From Escherichia phage JK1, in sequence record MZ436830.1: 64,000 bases of DNA. One strand, 5' to 3'. The notes below the pieces were generated by a model. The model saw nothing but the letters and a program-made list of their open reading frames with translations. It searched no databases and was not told the origin of the DNA. Below are positions 1 to 9,253 of this stretch, piece by piece (the first letter of the stretch is position 1; every line of letters begins with the position of its first letter). The translations under genes and the position numbers were made by a program.

Positions 1-11
1 AATTTTCCTTA

Positions 12-2189
12 TTAGGCCGCAAGGGCCTTCATAGTTTTAGCGATTTGGGAAACTTCATCATCACTTAAAGAGTTGCGATATCCGATGAAGTCGGAAACAA
101 TACGGAATTTCTTGGTAAACTCATCAACCATTTTATCACTGTTTTTTGAAGCATTATTTGATAATACATCAAAAAGATTAGTTACTGTCCAGATGTCATG
201 ACCGATGGTATCTTTTCCACCATTGAAATATACGCCCCGTAATGAACTAACTATATTAGCGAGTCGTGTATATTCTTCAGAAACTTCATCTGTACTGAAG
301 TACTTCATCATAAAATCTAGTTCAGGATACTTGATAATTTTATCAATATATCGTTGAGCTGAACTTGAATAACCTACATACTTATCATAATCTACATCAT
401 CAAAAGCATCTACATATAAATCACGCAAAGCTTCAAAAATACATTGGCACTGACCGAGCTCTTTTACCTTTTTCTGTAAAAGCGGACGAATAACATAAAA
501 TTCATTAATGCCAATAAGATTAGCCATACGAATCAAAATATTCATAGATGGATGACAAAGAGATGTAGTACCATCCATAGAGAAAATATCAGAACGATGC
601 ATATACGCTACATAACCAGTAATTTCATCTGCTTCTGATGTGAGCGTAAATAATTCCTCTTTTTCCCAACGCCCATCTTTAATTTCAAACTTAAACGCTG
701 TAGCAGCTTTAGGACGAGGAGCTTTACTTTTAACTACCTTTGGAATATAACTTTTTACTAAAGCTTCAATTTCTGACAAATAATGAATGTTAACTTCATC
801 ACTTTCAAACATCGCCATAATATCAGGAAGCAAATCAATCTGCGATTCTACTTCTGGATTAATAAACAGAAGACGCTCATTGTGATGAATATTCAAAGTG
901 TTATTAAATTCACTATCATCTAACGCATGTGCTAATCCACGGACAATATTAACACGATTTTTAATATTATCAATAACGATATTAATTTTTGTTGTATTAA
1001 TACCAAACAGACGATAACTTGATGCAACGGCTGAAGTTTCATGACTTTGCTTAATACGTTTCAGTCGAGGGTCAAGATTTACTTCATACACAACTCCTGC
1101 ATTGCATAACTTACTGTCAGGTTCAAACATGCTCTGCATCTTTTTATATGACAGATTTTTAGTCGTGAATTTGACTGAATTACTAATCATATAATCTCGA
1201 GCAGAATACCCCATCTTCATCAATTCACGATATGTGTGACGAGGAGATGTAGATTCTTTAAATCGTTTTACATCTTCATTAAATGCTTTCTCACTGAGTT
1301 CTTTAACTCGTTCAATGATATTTTTACGAGTGCGATCATCCAGTGAAAGAGCCTCGCGAGATGGAGCAATATCAAGTGAACCCATTGGAAACTTAATGTA
1401 ATTCACTTCATTGCGAATGCTTAGCCAGTTACGGTCTCTAATAACACCATCGATAGGATAAACAATACCGCCGTAGATAGCATATAATCCACCACGATCT
1501 GGCCAGTATCTTTCTGGATTTACACCGTAATAATCATCAAAATCCGGAAAATAATCAATTTCGCGGTCAAGACCATTAATGATAGCCAAATCTTTGAATG
1601 GTCGCATGATATAAGAAACTTCATAAGCAAAGTTTCTAAAGTCTTTTTCTTCAACTGGAACTACGATTTCAATACCAGTTTTATCATCTGGACCCATTTC
1701 TTTTACGAATGTAGGTTTAATCTGTGGACCATCACCATCCATATAAGCTACATAACCACGAATTTCACCTTTATGATACGAAGTAATACTAAACGTATCA
1801 GTATAACTAAATGGAGATTTAGAACCTAAACCAAATCCGCCAATAAAGTCATTAGATTCAGCTTTAGATGAACTGAAGTATGAATTATACAACCCAGGAG
1901 AATTATCATCACCTTGAATATCAAAATCACTCATACCCGGACCAAAATCTCGACAAACAAATCGTGGGTCTAAACGTCCAGGAACTTGTATGATAAATTT
2001 TTCAGGATTTCCATTAAGTGCATGAGCATCAATCATGTTAGTAATCAATTCACGGACTACTGCGCGAATCTTGTTTGTATACAAATCAGATGACAGAATT
2101 TTAAATACTTTAGGATTTGCTGCGATGCTAAATGCTTTTGATTTAGAACCATTACCAAGAATTGTTTCTTTTTCAGTGGTGATAATCAT
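12..2189 (-). CDS. rIIA: rIIA protein (725 aa)
   Basis: 725-aa ORF whose sequence and length I recognise as T-even rIIA. Confidence 0.9.
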   Translation of the reverse strand: MIITTEKETILGNGSKSKAFSIAANPKVFKILSSDLYTNKIRAVVRELITNMIDAHALNGNPEKFIIQVPGRLDPRFVCRDFGPGMSDFDIQGDDNSPGLYNSYFSSSKAESNDFIGGFGLGSKSPFSYTDTFSITSYHKGEIRGYVAYMDGDGPQIKPTFVKEMGPDDKTGIEIVVPVEEKDFRNFAYEVSYIMRPFKDLAIINGLDREIDYFPDFDDYYGVNPERYWPDRGGLYAIYGGIVYPIDGVIRDRNWLSIRNEVNYIKFPMGSLDIAPSREALSLDDRTRKNIIERVKELSEKAFNEDVKRFKESTSPRHTYRELMKMGYSARDYMISNSVKFTTKNLSYKKMQSMFEPDSKLCNAGVVYEVNLDPRLKRIKQSHETSAVASSYRLFGINTTKINIVIDNIKNRVNIVRGLAHALDDSEFNNTLNIHHNERLLFINPEVESQIDLLPDIMAMFESDEVNIHYLSEIEALVKSYIPKVVKSKAPRPKAATAFKFEIKDGRWEKEELFTLTSEADEITGYVAYMHRSDIFSMDGTTSLCHPSMNILIRMANLIGINEFYVIRPLLQKKVKELGQCQCIFEALRDLYVDAFDDVDYDKYVGYSSSAQRYIDKIIKYPELDFMMKYFSTDEVSEEYTRLANIVSSLRGVYFNGGKDTIGHDIWTVTNLFDVLSNNASKNSDKMVDEFTKKFRIVSDFIGYRNSLSDDEVSQIAKTMKALAA

Positions 2190-2199
2190 AATTTCCTCA

Positions 2200-2403
2200 T
2201 TAATTCATATTACGCTTAATAACTTCAGCAACTTCTAGTAGTTCATCTTTAGTTGCAGTGTCGGATTGAATTTTATCTCTAATATCTTTAAAGCGGTTTT
2301 TAAATTCTTCGGCTTCTCCCATATCGAAAAAGCGTTGAATGATTCTATATTCTCGATGAACTGCTTTATCAAAAAGTTCTAAATTTACTTTATATGATTT
2401 CAT
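2200..2403 (-). CDS. small hypothetical protein (rIIA.1 position)
   Basis: 67-aa ORF directly upstream of rIIA, preceded by an early promoter. Confidence 0.55.
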   Translation of the reverse strand: MKSYKVNLELFDKAVHREYRIIQRFFDMGEAEEFKNRFKDIRDKIQSDTATKDELLEVAEVIKRNMN

Positions 2404-2428
2404 TTCAATATCCTCATTTGCCCAATTA

Positions 2429-2458
2429 ATTATACCACATCCTTGTGGTAAAGTAAAC
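2429..2458 (-). promoter_or_regulatory. early promoter (GTTTAC-N18-TGGTATAAT)
   Basis: -35 at 2458..2453, extended -10 at 2434..2429. Confidence 0.6.
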
Positions 2459-4278
2459 TACTGGCTCATCCATTCTTTACGAAGGTCAGCGTTATCTCCC
2501 ATGAGCATTTCAAAAAGCTCTTTCCAGTTCTCAGGAAGTTTAACAACATCATATACTGGGTTTTGAATCATCTCACGATATTCAGATTTTTCCAAAGAGC
2601 CAAGTCCCTTAATATAACGGATGCTATGTTTAGGTAGAGCATCTTTGGCACTCTCATATTCAGCGACTGTATAAAACCATTCTTGTTTTTTACCGACCTG
2701 AGCGATGATTACAGGAGTTTTGACGAAGCGAATTCGTCCTTGCTCAAACAATTCTGGCCAATTACTAAAAAACCCGAGCAGAGAAGGATAAATGCTTCCT
2801 AGACCATCATGGTCAGCATCGGTCATAATAGCAATATTATGATAATTCAAGTTTTCAGCTTTTTCACCAAGAACTAATCCAGTGATTGCGCAAATATCAA
2901 ACAGTTCTTTGTTTTTAAGCATATCAGCATATGACATACCCCAACTGTTGAGAACTTTACCACGCAATGGATAACCACCATGAAGTTCTTTATCACGAAC
3001 ATCAATAAGATATCCGATAGCAGAATCACCCTCAGTCAAGAAAAGAGTAGTATCAGCATCTTTACCACAAAGATTCGCTTTGATATGTTTATGAACCTTA
3101 GCTTTAGAAGCCTTTTTAGCTGCTTTAGTTTCTGCTGCTTTTTCTGCTGCCAATTTACGGGCCAAGGCAGCTTCAATAATCGGCATTAAAATTGCTTCAT
3201 TATTTAGAATAGCGCGTGAAATCTTTTTAGCATCAAGTTGAATATGACTACGAATTTCACCAAAAGGAGAAGTAAGTCGTTCTTTAGTTTGAGAATCAAA
3301 TCGCATGTTTTTCATATCACGGACAAACATAACGATAGTCAAACATTCTTTAACGCGTGCTTTAGTTACATCAATTTTGAACTTACGTTTGATTTGTGGA
3401 ATAAGGTCTTCACAAATATCATCCATAACACAGTCAATGTGATGGCCACCATTCTTAGTGTGAATGTTATTCACATAAGTTAATTGGCGAAATCCATCCG
3501 GTGAACGACCAACCGCAATAGAACAATTTTCTTGTTCTTGAACAATAGCATGTTCATCATACTGTCGTGCATATTTCTTAAAATTGCCCTGAACCTTTTT
3601 ACCATTAAAGGTAAATTGAATATCAGGATAAACAACAGCAAGTGTCTGGAGACGATCTAGTGTAATGTCAAGATAAACTTGGGACAGCTCATTAGTTTCA
3701 AATGACATAAAATCAGGAATGAAAGTAACACGGGTTCCTTTCCATTTTCCTGGAATAGTTTCCCATGATTTATTTTCCATGCCATTTGAACAACGAACTA
3801 CAATATTATTTTGACCATCGCCAGTTTCACCGACAAACATCACAGAAAAAATGTTAGTTAAACTAGAACCAACACCATTCATACCACCGGTGACACGTTC
3901 TTTATCATCACCGAAGTTACCACCCGCTTTTGGAATAGTCCAAGCAGCAACTGGACCAGGAATTTCTTCACCGGTAGGTGTTTTAACCATCGCTTGTGGA
4001 ATACCGCGACCGTTATCTTCAACTGTTACCTGATTATTTTTAATGGTAACATTAATTTTATTCGCGAATTTAAACTTAGTACGAATACCTTCATCGACTG
4101 AGTTATCGATAATTTCATCAATAAGCTTAACAAGACCAGGTACATACTGAACACTTTCCCATTTACCAAACAGAAAGCGCTCATGCATTTCATTAGCAGA
4201 AGAGCCAATATACATGCCGCTACGCTTTTTGATATGTTCAATATCGCTCAGAATTTTAATTTCATTCTTAATCATCAC
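2458..4278 (-). CDS. 39: DNA topoisomerase II large (GyrB-like ATPase) subunit, uninterrupted 606-aa form
   Basis: N-terminal GHKL ATPase motifs (VEDNGRGIP) and TOPRIM-like C-terminal part in one ORF. Confidence 0.9.
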   Translation of the reverse strand: MMIKNEIKILSDIEHIKKRSGMYIGSSANEMHERFLFGKWESVQYVPGLVKLIDEIIDNSVDEGIRTKFKFANKINVTIKNNQVTVEDNGRGIPQAMVKTPTGEEIPGPVAAWTIPKAGGNFGDDKERVTGGMNGVGSSLTNIFSVMFVGETGDGQNNIVVRCSNGMENKSWETIPGKWKGTRVTFIPDFMSFETNELSQVYLDITLDRLQTLAVVYPDIQFTFNGKKVQGNFKKYARQYDEHAIVQEQENCSIAVGRSPDGFRQLTYVNNIHTKNGGHHIDCVMDDICEDLIPQIKRKFKIDVTKARVKECLTIVMFVRDMKNMRFDSQTKERLTSPFGEIRSHIQLDAKKISRAILNNEAILMPIIEAALARKLAAEKAAETKAAKKASKAKVHKHIKANLCGKDADTTLFLTEGDSAIGYLIDVRDKELHGGYPLRGKVLNSWGMSYADMLKNKELFDICAITGLVLGEKAENLNYHNIAIMTDADHDGLGSIYPSLLGFFSNWPELFEQGRIRFVKTPVIIAQVGKKQEWFYTVAEYESAKDALPKHSIRYIKGLGSLEKSEYREMIQNPVYDVVKLPENWKELFEMLMGDNADLRKEWMSQ

Positions 4279-4302
4279 TTATCCTCGTTTGGTTTCGGGA
4301 AT

Positions 4303-4330
4303 ATTATACTCCAGTAATCATAAAGCTAAA
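4303..4330 (-). promoter_or_regulatory. putative middle promoter for gene 39 (MotA-box-like AGCTTTA + TATAAT)
   Basis: box about 12 nt upstream of TATAAT. Confidence 0.35.
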
Positions 4331-4345
4331 GGCCCGAAGGCCTTT
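4328..4345 (-). terminator. GC hairpin with UUCG loop between lipoprotein gene and gene 39
   Basis: GGCC-UUCG-GGCC. Confidence 0.35.
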
Positions 4346-4615
4346 TTATTTAAAACGAATAGTTGAATCCTTAAAGAACAGCCCAGAACATACTGTTCCT
4401 TCTACTTTCTGCCCGGTAGGTCCAACAGCACGAAATCCAGTATGTTGGAAATCATTTTCAGAGCAACCGAACCAGTTATATCCAGTGATTTCAATATTCG
4501 TAAAACCACTTGATGATAAAATTTTAGTTGCATTATCAGCATCAGTACATCCTACTAAAGATACTGCTAATACTAATGCTGCGATAGAACGATTAATATA
4601 TTTCATAATTTTCAC
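4346..4615 (-). CDS. predicted lipoprotein
   Basis: signal peptide followed by lipobox LVGC. Confidence 0.55.
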   Translation of the reverse strand: MKIMKYINRSIAALVLAVSLVGCTDADNATKILSSSGFTNIEITGYNWFGCSENDFQHTGFRAVGPTGQKVEGTVCSGLFFKDSTIRFK

Positions 4616-4989
4616 TTAAATTTAATAGCTTGAAGAAGACTAATAATTCTCAAGCGACTTCTTTCATCTTTAACTGTAAAGGAAAGAGAGTCGCCAGATT
4701 TCATGGTAATAGTGCATTCAAAATCAAAATCTTCTGTGACTTCTTCGAAGAAGTCAAATTCTTCAGCATAAATTAGAACATTACTCTGCATACTGTGAAG
4801 AATTTTTCCGTTATTTCCAGACGCTGTACTAATCATCGTAACATTATGACCTTTCATATCTTCAACGATAAATTCGCTTGTAGATATTACAGCATTAATA
4901 GAACCATTCCTATAAATAGCAGACATTAGATATTTCTTTTCTTCGCCTTCGCGAATACGATATTTCTTACCGATTTTAAACATAATCAC
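4612..4989 (-). CDS. hypothetical protein
   Basis: 125-aa ORF, start overlaps stop of upstream gene. Confidence 0.5.
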   Translation of the reverse strand: MIMFKIGKKYRIREGEEKKYLMSAIYRNGSINAVISTSEFIVEDMKGHNVTMISTASGNNGKILHSMQSNVLIYAEEFDFFEEVTEDFDFECTITMKSGDSLSFTVKDERSRLRIISLLQAIKFK

Positions 4990-5015
4990 CCTTTAAGTAA
5001 ATCGTAAAAACCACC

Positions 5016-5162
5016 ATTCACATGCTTAGGAGCAGAAGGCCGACGAGTAGACAAACGATGACATTTAGGGCAAACATCATTTTCTCGTTCAGAAATCTTT
5101 TTAATTTTTTCATATTCATGCCCGCAATCTTCGGATTGGCATTTATAATCATACATTGGCAT
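5016..5162 (-). CDS. small zinc-ribbon protein (FmdB-like, MPxYxYxCxxCGH...CPxC)
   Basis: 48-codon ORF below the track cutoff; AAGGA SD 5 nt upstream of ATG; two CxxC pairs. Confidence 0.5.
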
Positions 5163-5164
5163 AA

Positions 5165-5584
5165 TTATTCCTTAAAGTGAGCTTTCAACATCTGATACAA
5201 GGACCATGCCTGTTCATTATTTTCAATAGTAACTTTCATGACTGGGAATTCTGTGAAATCTTCTATTTGTTCTTGCTCTTCCTGCTCTTGTTCTTCAGCT
5301 GCTTGGTATGGATTTTCCACTTCATCAAAGAATTCAGCTTCGCTAGTAGAAAGCCAAATAAAATCTTCATCCAAAATATCTTTACCGGAGGATAATGCCA
5401 ATCTTCCAGTAGATGTCACAATTTTAGTAGGACGACCAAGATAGTCAATATCTATAACTTTAAAAGGTTCCATACCTAAACGTCGTGCATAAATTCCGTT
5501 TTCAGTATGGTCTTTAATAAAAGCTTCTTGAGCTTGTTTATTTTTAAATTGATACCATTTATTGACTTCAAATCTAATAGCCAT
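5165..5584 (-). CDS. hypothetical protein with acidic [10 protein letters not shown] tract
   Basis: 139-aa ORF. Confidence 0.5.
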   Translation of the reverse strand: MAIRFEVNKWYQFKNKQAQEAFIKDHTENGIYARRLGMEPFKVIDIDYLGRPTKIVTSTGRLALSSGKDILDEDFIWLSTSEAEFFDEVENPYQAAEEQEQEEQEQIEDFTEFPVMKVTIENNEQAWSLYQMLKAHFKE

Positions 5585-5799
5585 TAATAAATTTCCTTCC
5601 AGTAAGTTGTACCGTCTTCAGTGATTTCACGGAATACACCATAAATCGGTTGTTTATCACCAACCTTTTCATACACATAAACCGAAGTCAAGTGAGTAAA
5701 CTTGATGGTGTGTTCCTTTTGAACTACTACCAAATCTGGATCGAATAATACATCTTCAAATTCGTCATTAGTGCAGTTCTGAACAATTTTACGTTTCAT
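5584..5799 (-). CDS. hypothetical protein
   Basis: 71-aa ORF; stop/start overlap with neighbour. Confidence 0.45.
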   Translation of the reverse strand: MKRKIVQNCTNDEFEDVLFDPDLVVVQKEHTIKFTHLTSVYVYEKVGDKQPIYGVFREITEDGTTYWKEIY

Positions 5800-5812
5800 T
5801 ACAATTTCCTCA

Positions 5813-6082
5813 TTAATTGAACAGTGGAGCGATGCGTTTCAGAAGAGTAGCAGCACCTTTGGCAAATTTTACATCATGAAAAACAGTTTCTTCTTCTGTA
5901 ACAACTCGAACTTTAATATTTTCACAATCCCAATTTTTACGAACAATCTTCAAAAGCTGCAGTAAATCTTTACATTCAGCAATATCGATAACACATCCAC
6001 GAGAATCTTCCATTATCGCACGATAACCGTAAGCCATACCATAATCGTTAAAAGATTGCTCGATGATAATTAAGTTTTCCAT
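5813..6082 (-). CDS. hypothetical protein
   Basis: ATG preceded by GGAG; track start is an upstream TTG extension. Confidence 0.5.
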   Translation of the reverse strand: MENLIIIEQSFNDYGMAYGYRAIMEDSRGCVIDIAECKDLLQLLKIVRKNWDCENIKVRVVTEEETVFHDVKFAKGAATLLKRIAPLFN

Positions 6083-6160
6083 TTTATTCTCCAAGTTGTT
6101 TTCTGTATCAGTAGTTGATATTGATATAGTACCATAATCAACTACTGATGTATATAGTTT
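6083..6160 (-). repeat. promoter/5'-UTR cassette, copy A (contains 13-bp perfect inverted repeat)
   Basis: shares ttttattctccaa...gtatcagtagttgata..tatagtacca with 25292-25380 and 51712-51790. Confidence 0.6.
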
Positions 6161-6181
6161 TATGAAAAAAAAATTTAAACT

Positions 6182-6673
6182 TTATGCATAGCGAGCTTTG
6201 CTGTAGTGTTTAATCCAACTTTCAGGAATGACTTTGTATGTTCCTAAAAATACCGTGTTGTACAGCTTAACACCGTCTTCTACCCACTGATCGGTAATGT
6301 ATGCGCACATAGCACGAGTACGGTTAACAACCCCTTCCTCACCTTCAGTAAATTCAAACTCATAAGGAGCAACGAACTTGATAGCTTGACCGAGTTTCCA
6401 CTTAAAATCTACACCTACATGCGAAGTATCAATCGTTTCAATTCCTTTAGCGGGAACAGCTTTCAAAAACGCAGGCTCAAGAAATTTCCATCGAACATAA
6501 CCAAACTGAGGTTTAGACATTCCATCTTTAGGAATGATACGCACTTTTACTTCAGAATCTTCATCTTTAACACCATGTTTAAGCTGAATGCTTACAACTT
6601 CAACCAATTTTCCTGCTGCCTTAGAACGGGATTTATCAGATACACGAGCAATTTCACCGATATTAATATTCAT
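6182..6673 (-). CDS. hypothetical protein (motB region), paralogue of 6747-7250
   Basis: 163-aa ORF; C-terminal ITDQWVEDGV segment shared with next ORF. Confidence 0.5.
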   Translation of the reverse strand: MNINIGEIARVSDKSRSKAAGKLVEVVSIQLKHGVKDEDSEVKVRIIPKDGMSKPQFGYVRWKFLEPAFLKAVPAKGIETIDTSHVGVDFKWKLGQAIKFVAPYEFEFTEGEEGVVNRTRAMCAYITDQWVEDGVKLYNTVFLGTYKVIPESWIKHYSKARYA

Positions 6674-6717
6674 AATTATCTCTCACTTGTTAAAAAGATT
6701 TTATACTCCGCAGGACC

Positions 6718-6747
6718 ATTATACTCTGGTCCCAAGAGTTTGTAAAC
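6718..6747 (-). promoter_or_regulatory. early promoter
   Basis: GTTTAC-N18-TATAAT. Confidence 0.5.
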
Positions 6748-7250
6748 TAGCTTACACGAACATTAATCACTGCGCTACGAGGAACTACGGAGTACTCTCC
6801 AGCATGAACTACATTAAGAAGTTCAACGCCATCTTCAATCCACTGGTCAGTTACCCAACCGCCGACCGGATTCGCGAATGGACGACGAATGTAAACTGCC
6901 TTACACAACAAATCAGTCGGGTCTTCAATTTTTTCAACTGGTGCCACATACATAGAAACTAAATCCATATCAATATGGGATTTTTCCTCTTCTTCTTTTT
7001 CAATTTCTGTCAATAGACTAAAATCTTTTTCATAAATAATAAGCGATGACACCATTCCATAATAGTTTCTAATTTCAATATACATCATGCCGATAAGAAT
7101 TCCGCTATTAACACTAATAACAGTAAAAGGATATCCGCCAGTTAAAGCAAGAAGTTCACAAAACTTATTATGAGATGTATTAGACAGTACCGGAAAATTC
7201 TTAATTTCATCAAATTTTTTCAATTGATAAACAGCATTATTTTTAATCAT
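6747..7250 (-). CDS. hypothetical protein, paralogue of 6182-6673
   Basis: 167-aa ORF; C-terminal VTDQWIEDGV segment. Confidence 0.5.
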   Translation of the reverse strand: MIKNNAVYQLKKFDEIKNFPVLSNTSHNKFCELLALTGGYPFTVISVNSGILIGMMYIEIRNYYGMVSSLIIYEKDFSLLTEIEKEEEEKSHIDMDLVSMYVAPVEKIEDPTDLLCKAVYIRRPFANPVGGWVTDQWIEDGVELLNVVHAGEYSVVPRSAVINVRVS

Positions 7251-7260
7251 AATTTTCTCT

Positions 7261-7812
7261 TTAATCTAAGGTAATAAAGCCTTTTAATTCGGCATGCGAT
7301 TTGCGGAACATTACTTGATGTCCGCCAATGATAACTTGGTCATCTGGCACTTCATAAATCGCAATGTACATTCCACGTTCTTTTAAGTCTTCACGCTCTT
7401 CTCGAGTGAACCATCTCATCATATCATATTCGCTAGCGAAAGCAAAATGATATAATGCAATAAACCACAATGGAATATAATTTTCAATTCGTGAATAATC
7501 TTTATTCCATTTAGTTTTAATAACATCATTAGCATTTTCAACTAATAACTTATCATCGTGTGGAATAGGAATACTTTCATGGCTTTCATAATTATCGCTA
7601 TGATGATGAAATGACGATGAATTAATACCGCAAAATTTTAGCCAAGTTCGAGTTTTCATAGAATCAAATCCACGATAAGGAGTTGATTGAACGCATAACT
7701 CTTGCCTAATTTTGACTATACCACTATCATCATTTAATGCGCTAAACGATGATTCAACACGATAAATTTTCATTTTATTATCCTCAGTAGCTATGGTGTT
7801 ATAATACCACAA
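7261..7812 (-). CDS. hypothetical protein
   Basis: 183-aa ORF downstream of an early promoter. Confidence 0.5.
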   Translation of the reverse strand: MWYYNTIATEDNKMKIYRVESSFSALNDDSGIVKIRQELCVQSTPYRGFDSMKTRTWLKFCGINSSSFHHHSDNYESHESIPIPHDDKLLVENANDVIKTKWNKDYSRIENYIPLWFIALYHFAFASEYDMMRWFTREEREDLKERGMYIAIYEVPDDQVIIGGHQVMFRKSHAELKGFITLD

Positions 7813-7830
7813 CTAACCGAGGAAGTAAAC
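7801..7830 (-). promoter_or_regulatory. early promoter
   Basis: GTTTAC-N18-TATTAT with upstream TGG. Confidence 0.45.
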
Positions 7831-7836
7831 AACTTT

Positions 7837-8520
7837 TTATCGTTTTGTTGGAAGAGACAGAGGATCGCAATCTTCCTCTGACGGAGCATCTTCAAGACCC
7901 ATAGCGTATCGCAAAGCATACTTCATCATCAGGATGTCTTTCGCACAGTCATGAATAGAATCATGTGCAACGAATCCATCTAAAGTTCCCTTTGGAAGAG
8001 GACACGTGGTCATATCACGAACAAGCAGAAGTGCTTCAATTCTGGTACGAATATCACGCTGATTCCAGAATTTACATGGTTCTAACTTAAATGTATCAAG
8101 CTCATTCTCGGAAACGCCATTAAGACGTTGAATATCGCGAATGAGATCGACTAAAATTGGAAAATCAAACGACATTCCACGGCACCAGCCTTGAGATTTC
8201 CAAGGATCGATATTATGTGCATTGATGTAATCGTTGAATTTTGCAATACCATCAATGGTGCTTACATCTTCATCGGATGGTGCAATATTTTTTCGAGCTT
8301 CAGGAGACTGATTTTTCCACCATTCGATAGTGCTTTTAGTAAAAAGACGATGTCCTTTTTGGCTTTTTAAATCAAATTTGATTTTAATGCCACGTGAAAC
8401 TAGTTCATCGAATGATTCAACTACTTCTGGGTTAGGGTCAAAAGCAATTACAGCCAAATCAATAACAGCTGCTTTTTCACCGCTTCCCATTGTTTCAAAA
8501 TCTATAATAAAATCAAACAT
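7837..8520 (-). CDS. dexA: exonuclease A (DnaQ-like 3'-5' exonuclease)
   Basis: 227 aa; N-terminal FDFETMG exonuclease motif. Confidence 0.8.
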   Translation of the reverse strand: MFDFIIDFETMGSGEKAAVIDLAVIAFDPNPEVVESFDELVSRGIKIKFDLKSQKGHRLFTKSTIEWWKNQSPEARKNIAPSDEDVSTIDGIAKFNDYINAHNIDPWKSQGWCRGMSFDFPILVDLIRDIQRLNGVSENELDTFKLEPCKFWNQRDIRTRIEALLLVRDMTTCPLPKGTLDGFVAHDSIHDCAKDILMMKYALRYAMGLEDAPSEEDCDPLSLPTKR

Positions 8521-8777
8521 TAAATTTTCCTCGCTAAATCACGAATTTGGCCTACAGTATAGTCTTGAATATAAACTTTATTAATAGGCTCATCAATAAA
8601 TTTTGCCATAGATTCAATATCTTTTTGTATCTCTTCAAGACTGTATACTATCTTTAAAGCTTTTTCGCGAATAGTAACATTATCAGGTCCTGAATTTTCT
8701 TGAATGACAGCTTTAACATTTGCCATAAGAGATTTAAACTGGTACCAACTTAATTCAATCATTAATAATCGCCTCAT
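8520..8777 (-). CDS. small hypothetical protein (tandem paralogue family)
   Basis: 85 aa; LEEIQKDI / DYTVGQI motifs shared with next ORF. Confidence 0.5.
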   Translation of the reverse strand: MRRLLMIELSWYQFKSLMANVKAVIQENSGPDNVTIREKALKIVYSLEEIQKDIESMAKFIDEPINKVYIQDYTVGQIRDLARKI

Positions 8778-9015
8778 AAAGATAGCTAATTTCGCCTAAA
8801 ACGTAATCATTGATTGTAACAGTTTTCACTTCACCACAAAAGAATTCTAACGCAATTAAATCTCGTTCAATTTCTTCTAATTGAAGCATCAACTTACTAG
8901 ATTCAATTTTTACAGTTTCACGATTTTTACCATGAGCAATTTCATAAATTTCGCTAACTTTATCCTGAAGAAGATAAAACTGATCTTTAGTTATTTCCAC
9001 GAATAGCTTCCTCAA
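8755..9015 (-). CDS. small hypothetical protein (tandem paralogue family)
   Basis: 86 aa; LEEIERDL / DYVLGEI motifs. Confidence 0.5.
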   Translation of the reverse strand: MRKLFVEITKDQFYLLQDKVSEIYEIAHGKNRETVKIESSKLMLQLEEIERDLIALEFFCGEVKTVTINDYVLGEISYLYEAIIND

Positions 9016-9247
9016 ATTTAATTAGTAATTTACAGACACTTTCATCTAGTGTAATTACCGTATCTGTATTACTGTGATATGATTGTTTTTCAATTCGTTT
9101 AATTGCTAATATAGTATCACTTATAAGATAAAGCTTATGAAGGAGCTCAGCTCCTGTTACCATAACATTAAGATTATCTTGCTTATTAGTATGCTTCCTT
9201 ATACCATCTATTAGACGATTTAAATATTTTGAATTGATGTTAATCAT
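8987..9247 (-). CDS. small hypothetical protein
   Basis: 86-aa ORF. Confidence 0.45.
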   Translation of the reverse strand: MININSKYLNRLIDGIRKHTNKQDNLNVMVTGAELLHKLYLISDTILAIKRIEKQSYHSNTDTVITLDESVCKLLIKFEEAIRGNN

Positions 9248-9253
9248 ATAACC

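Noticed and set aside
2035-4033. Plus-strand ORFs of 60-81 aa (2035-2238, 2980-3189, 3238-3483, 3851-4033)
   Set aside because: They lie entirely antisense within rIIA and gene 39, have no SD sequences, and have low-complexity translations; they are frame artefacts of AT-rich DNA.
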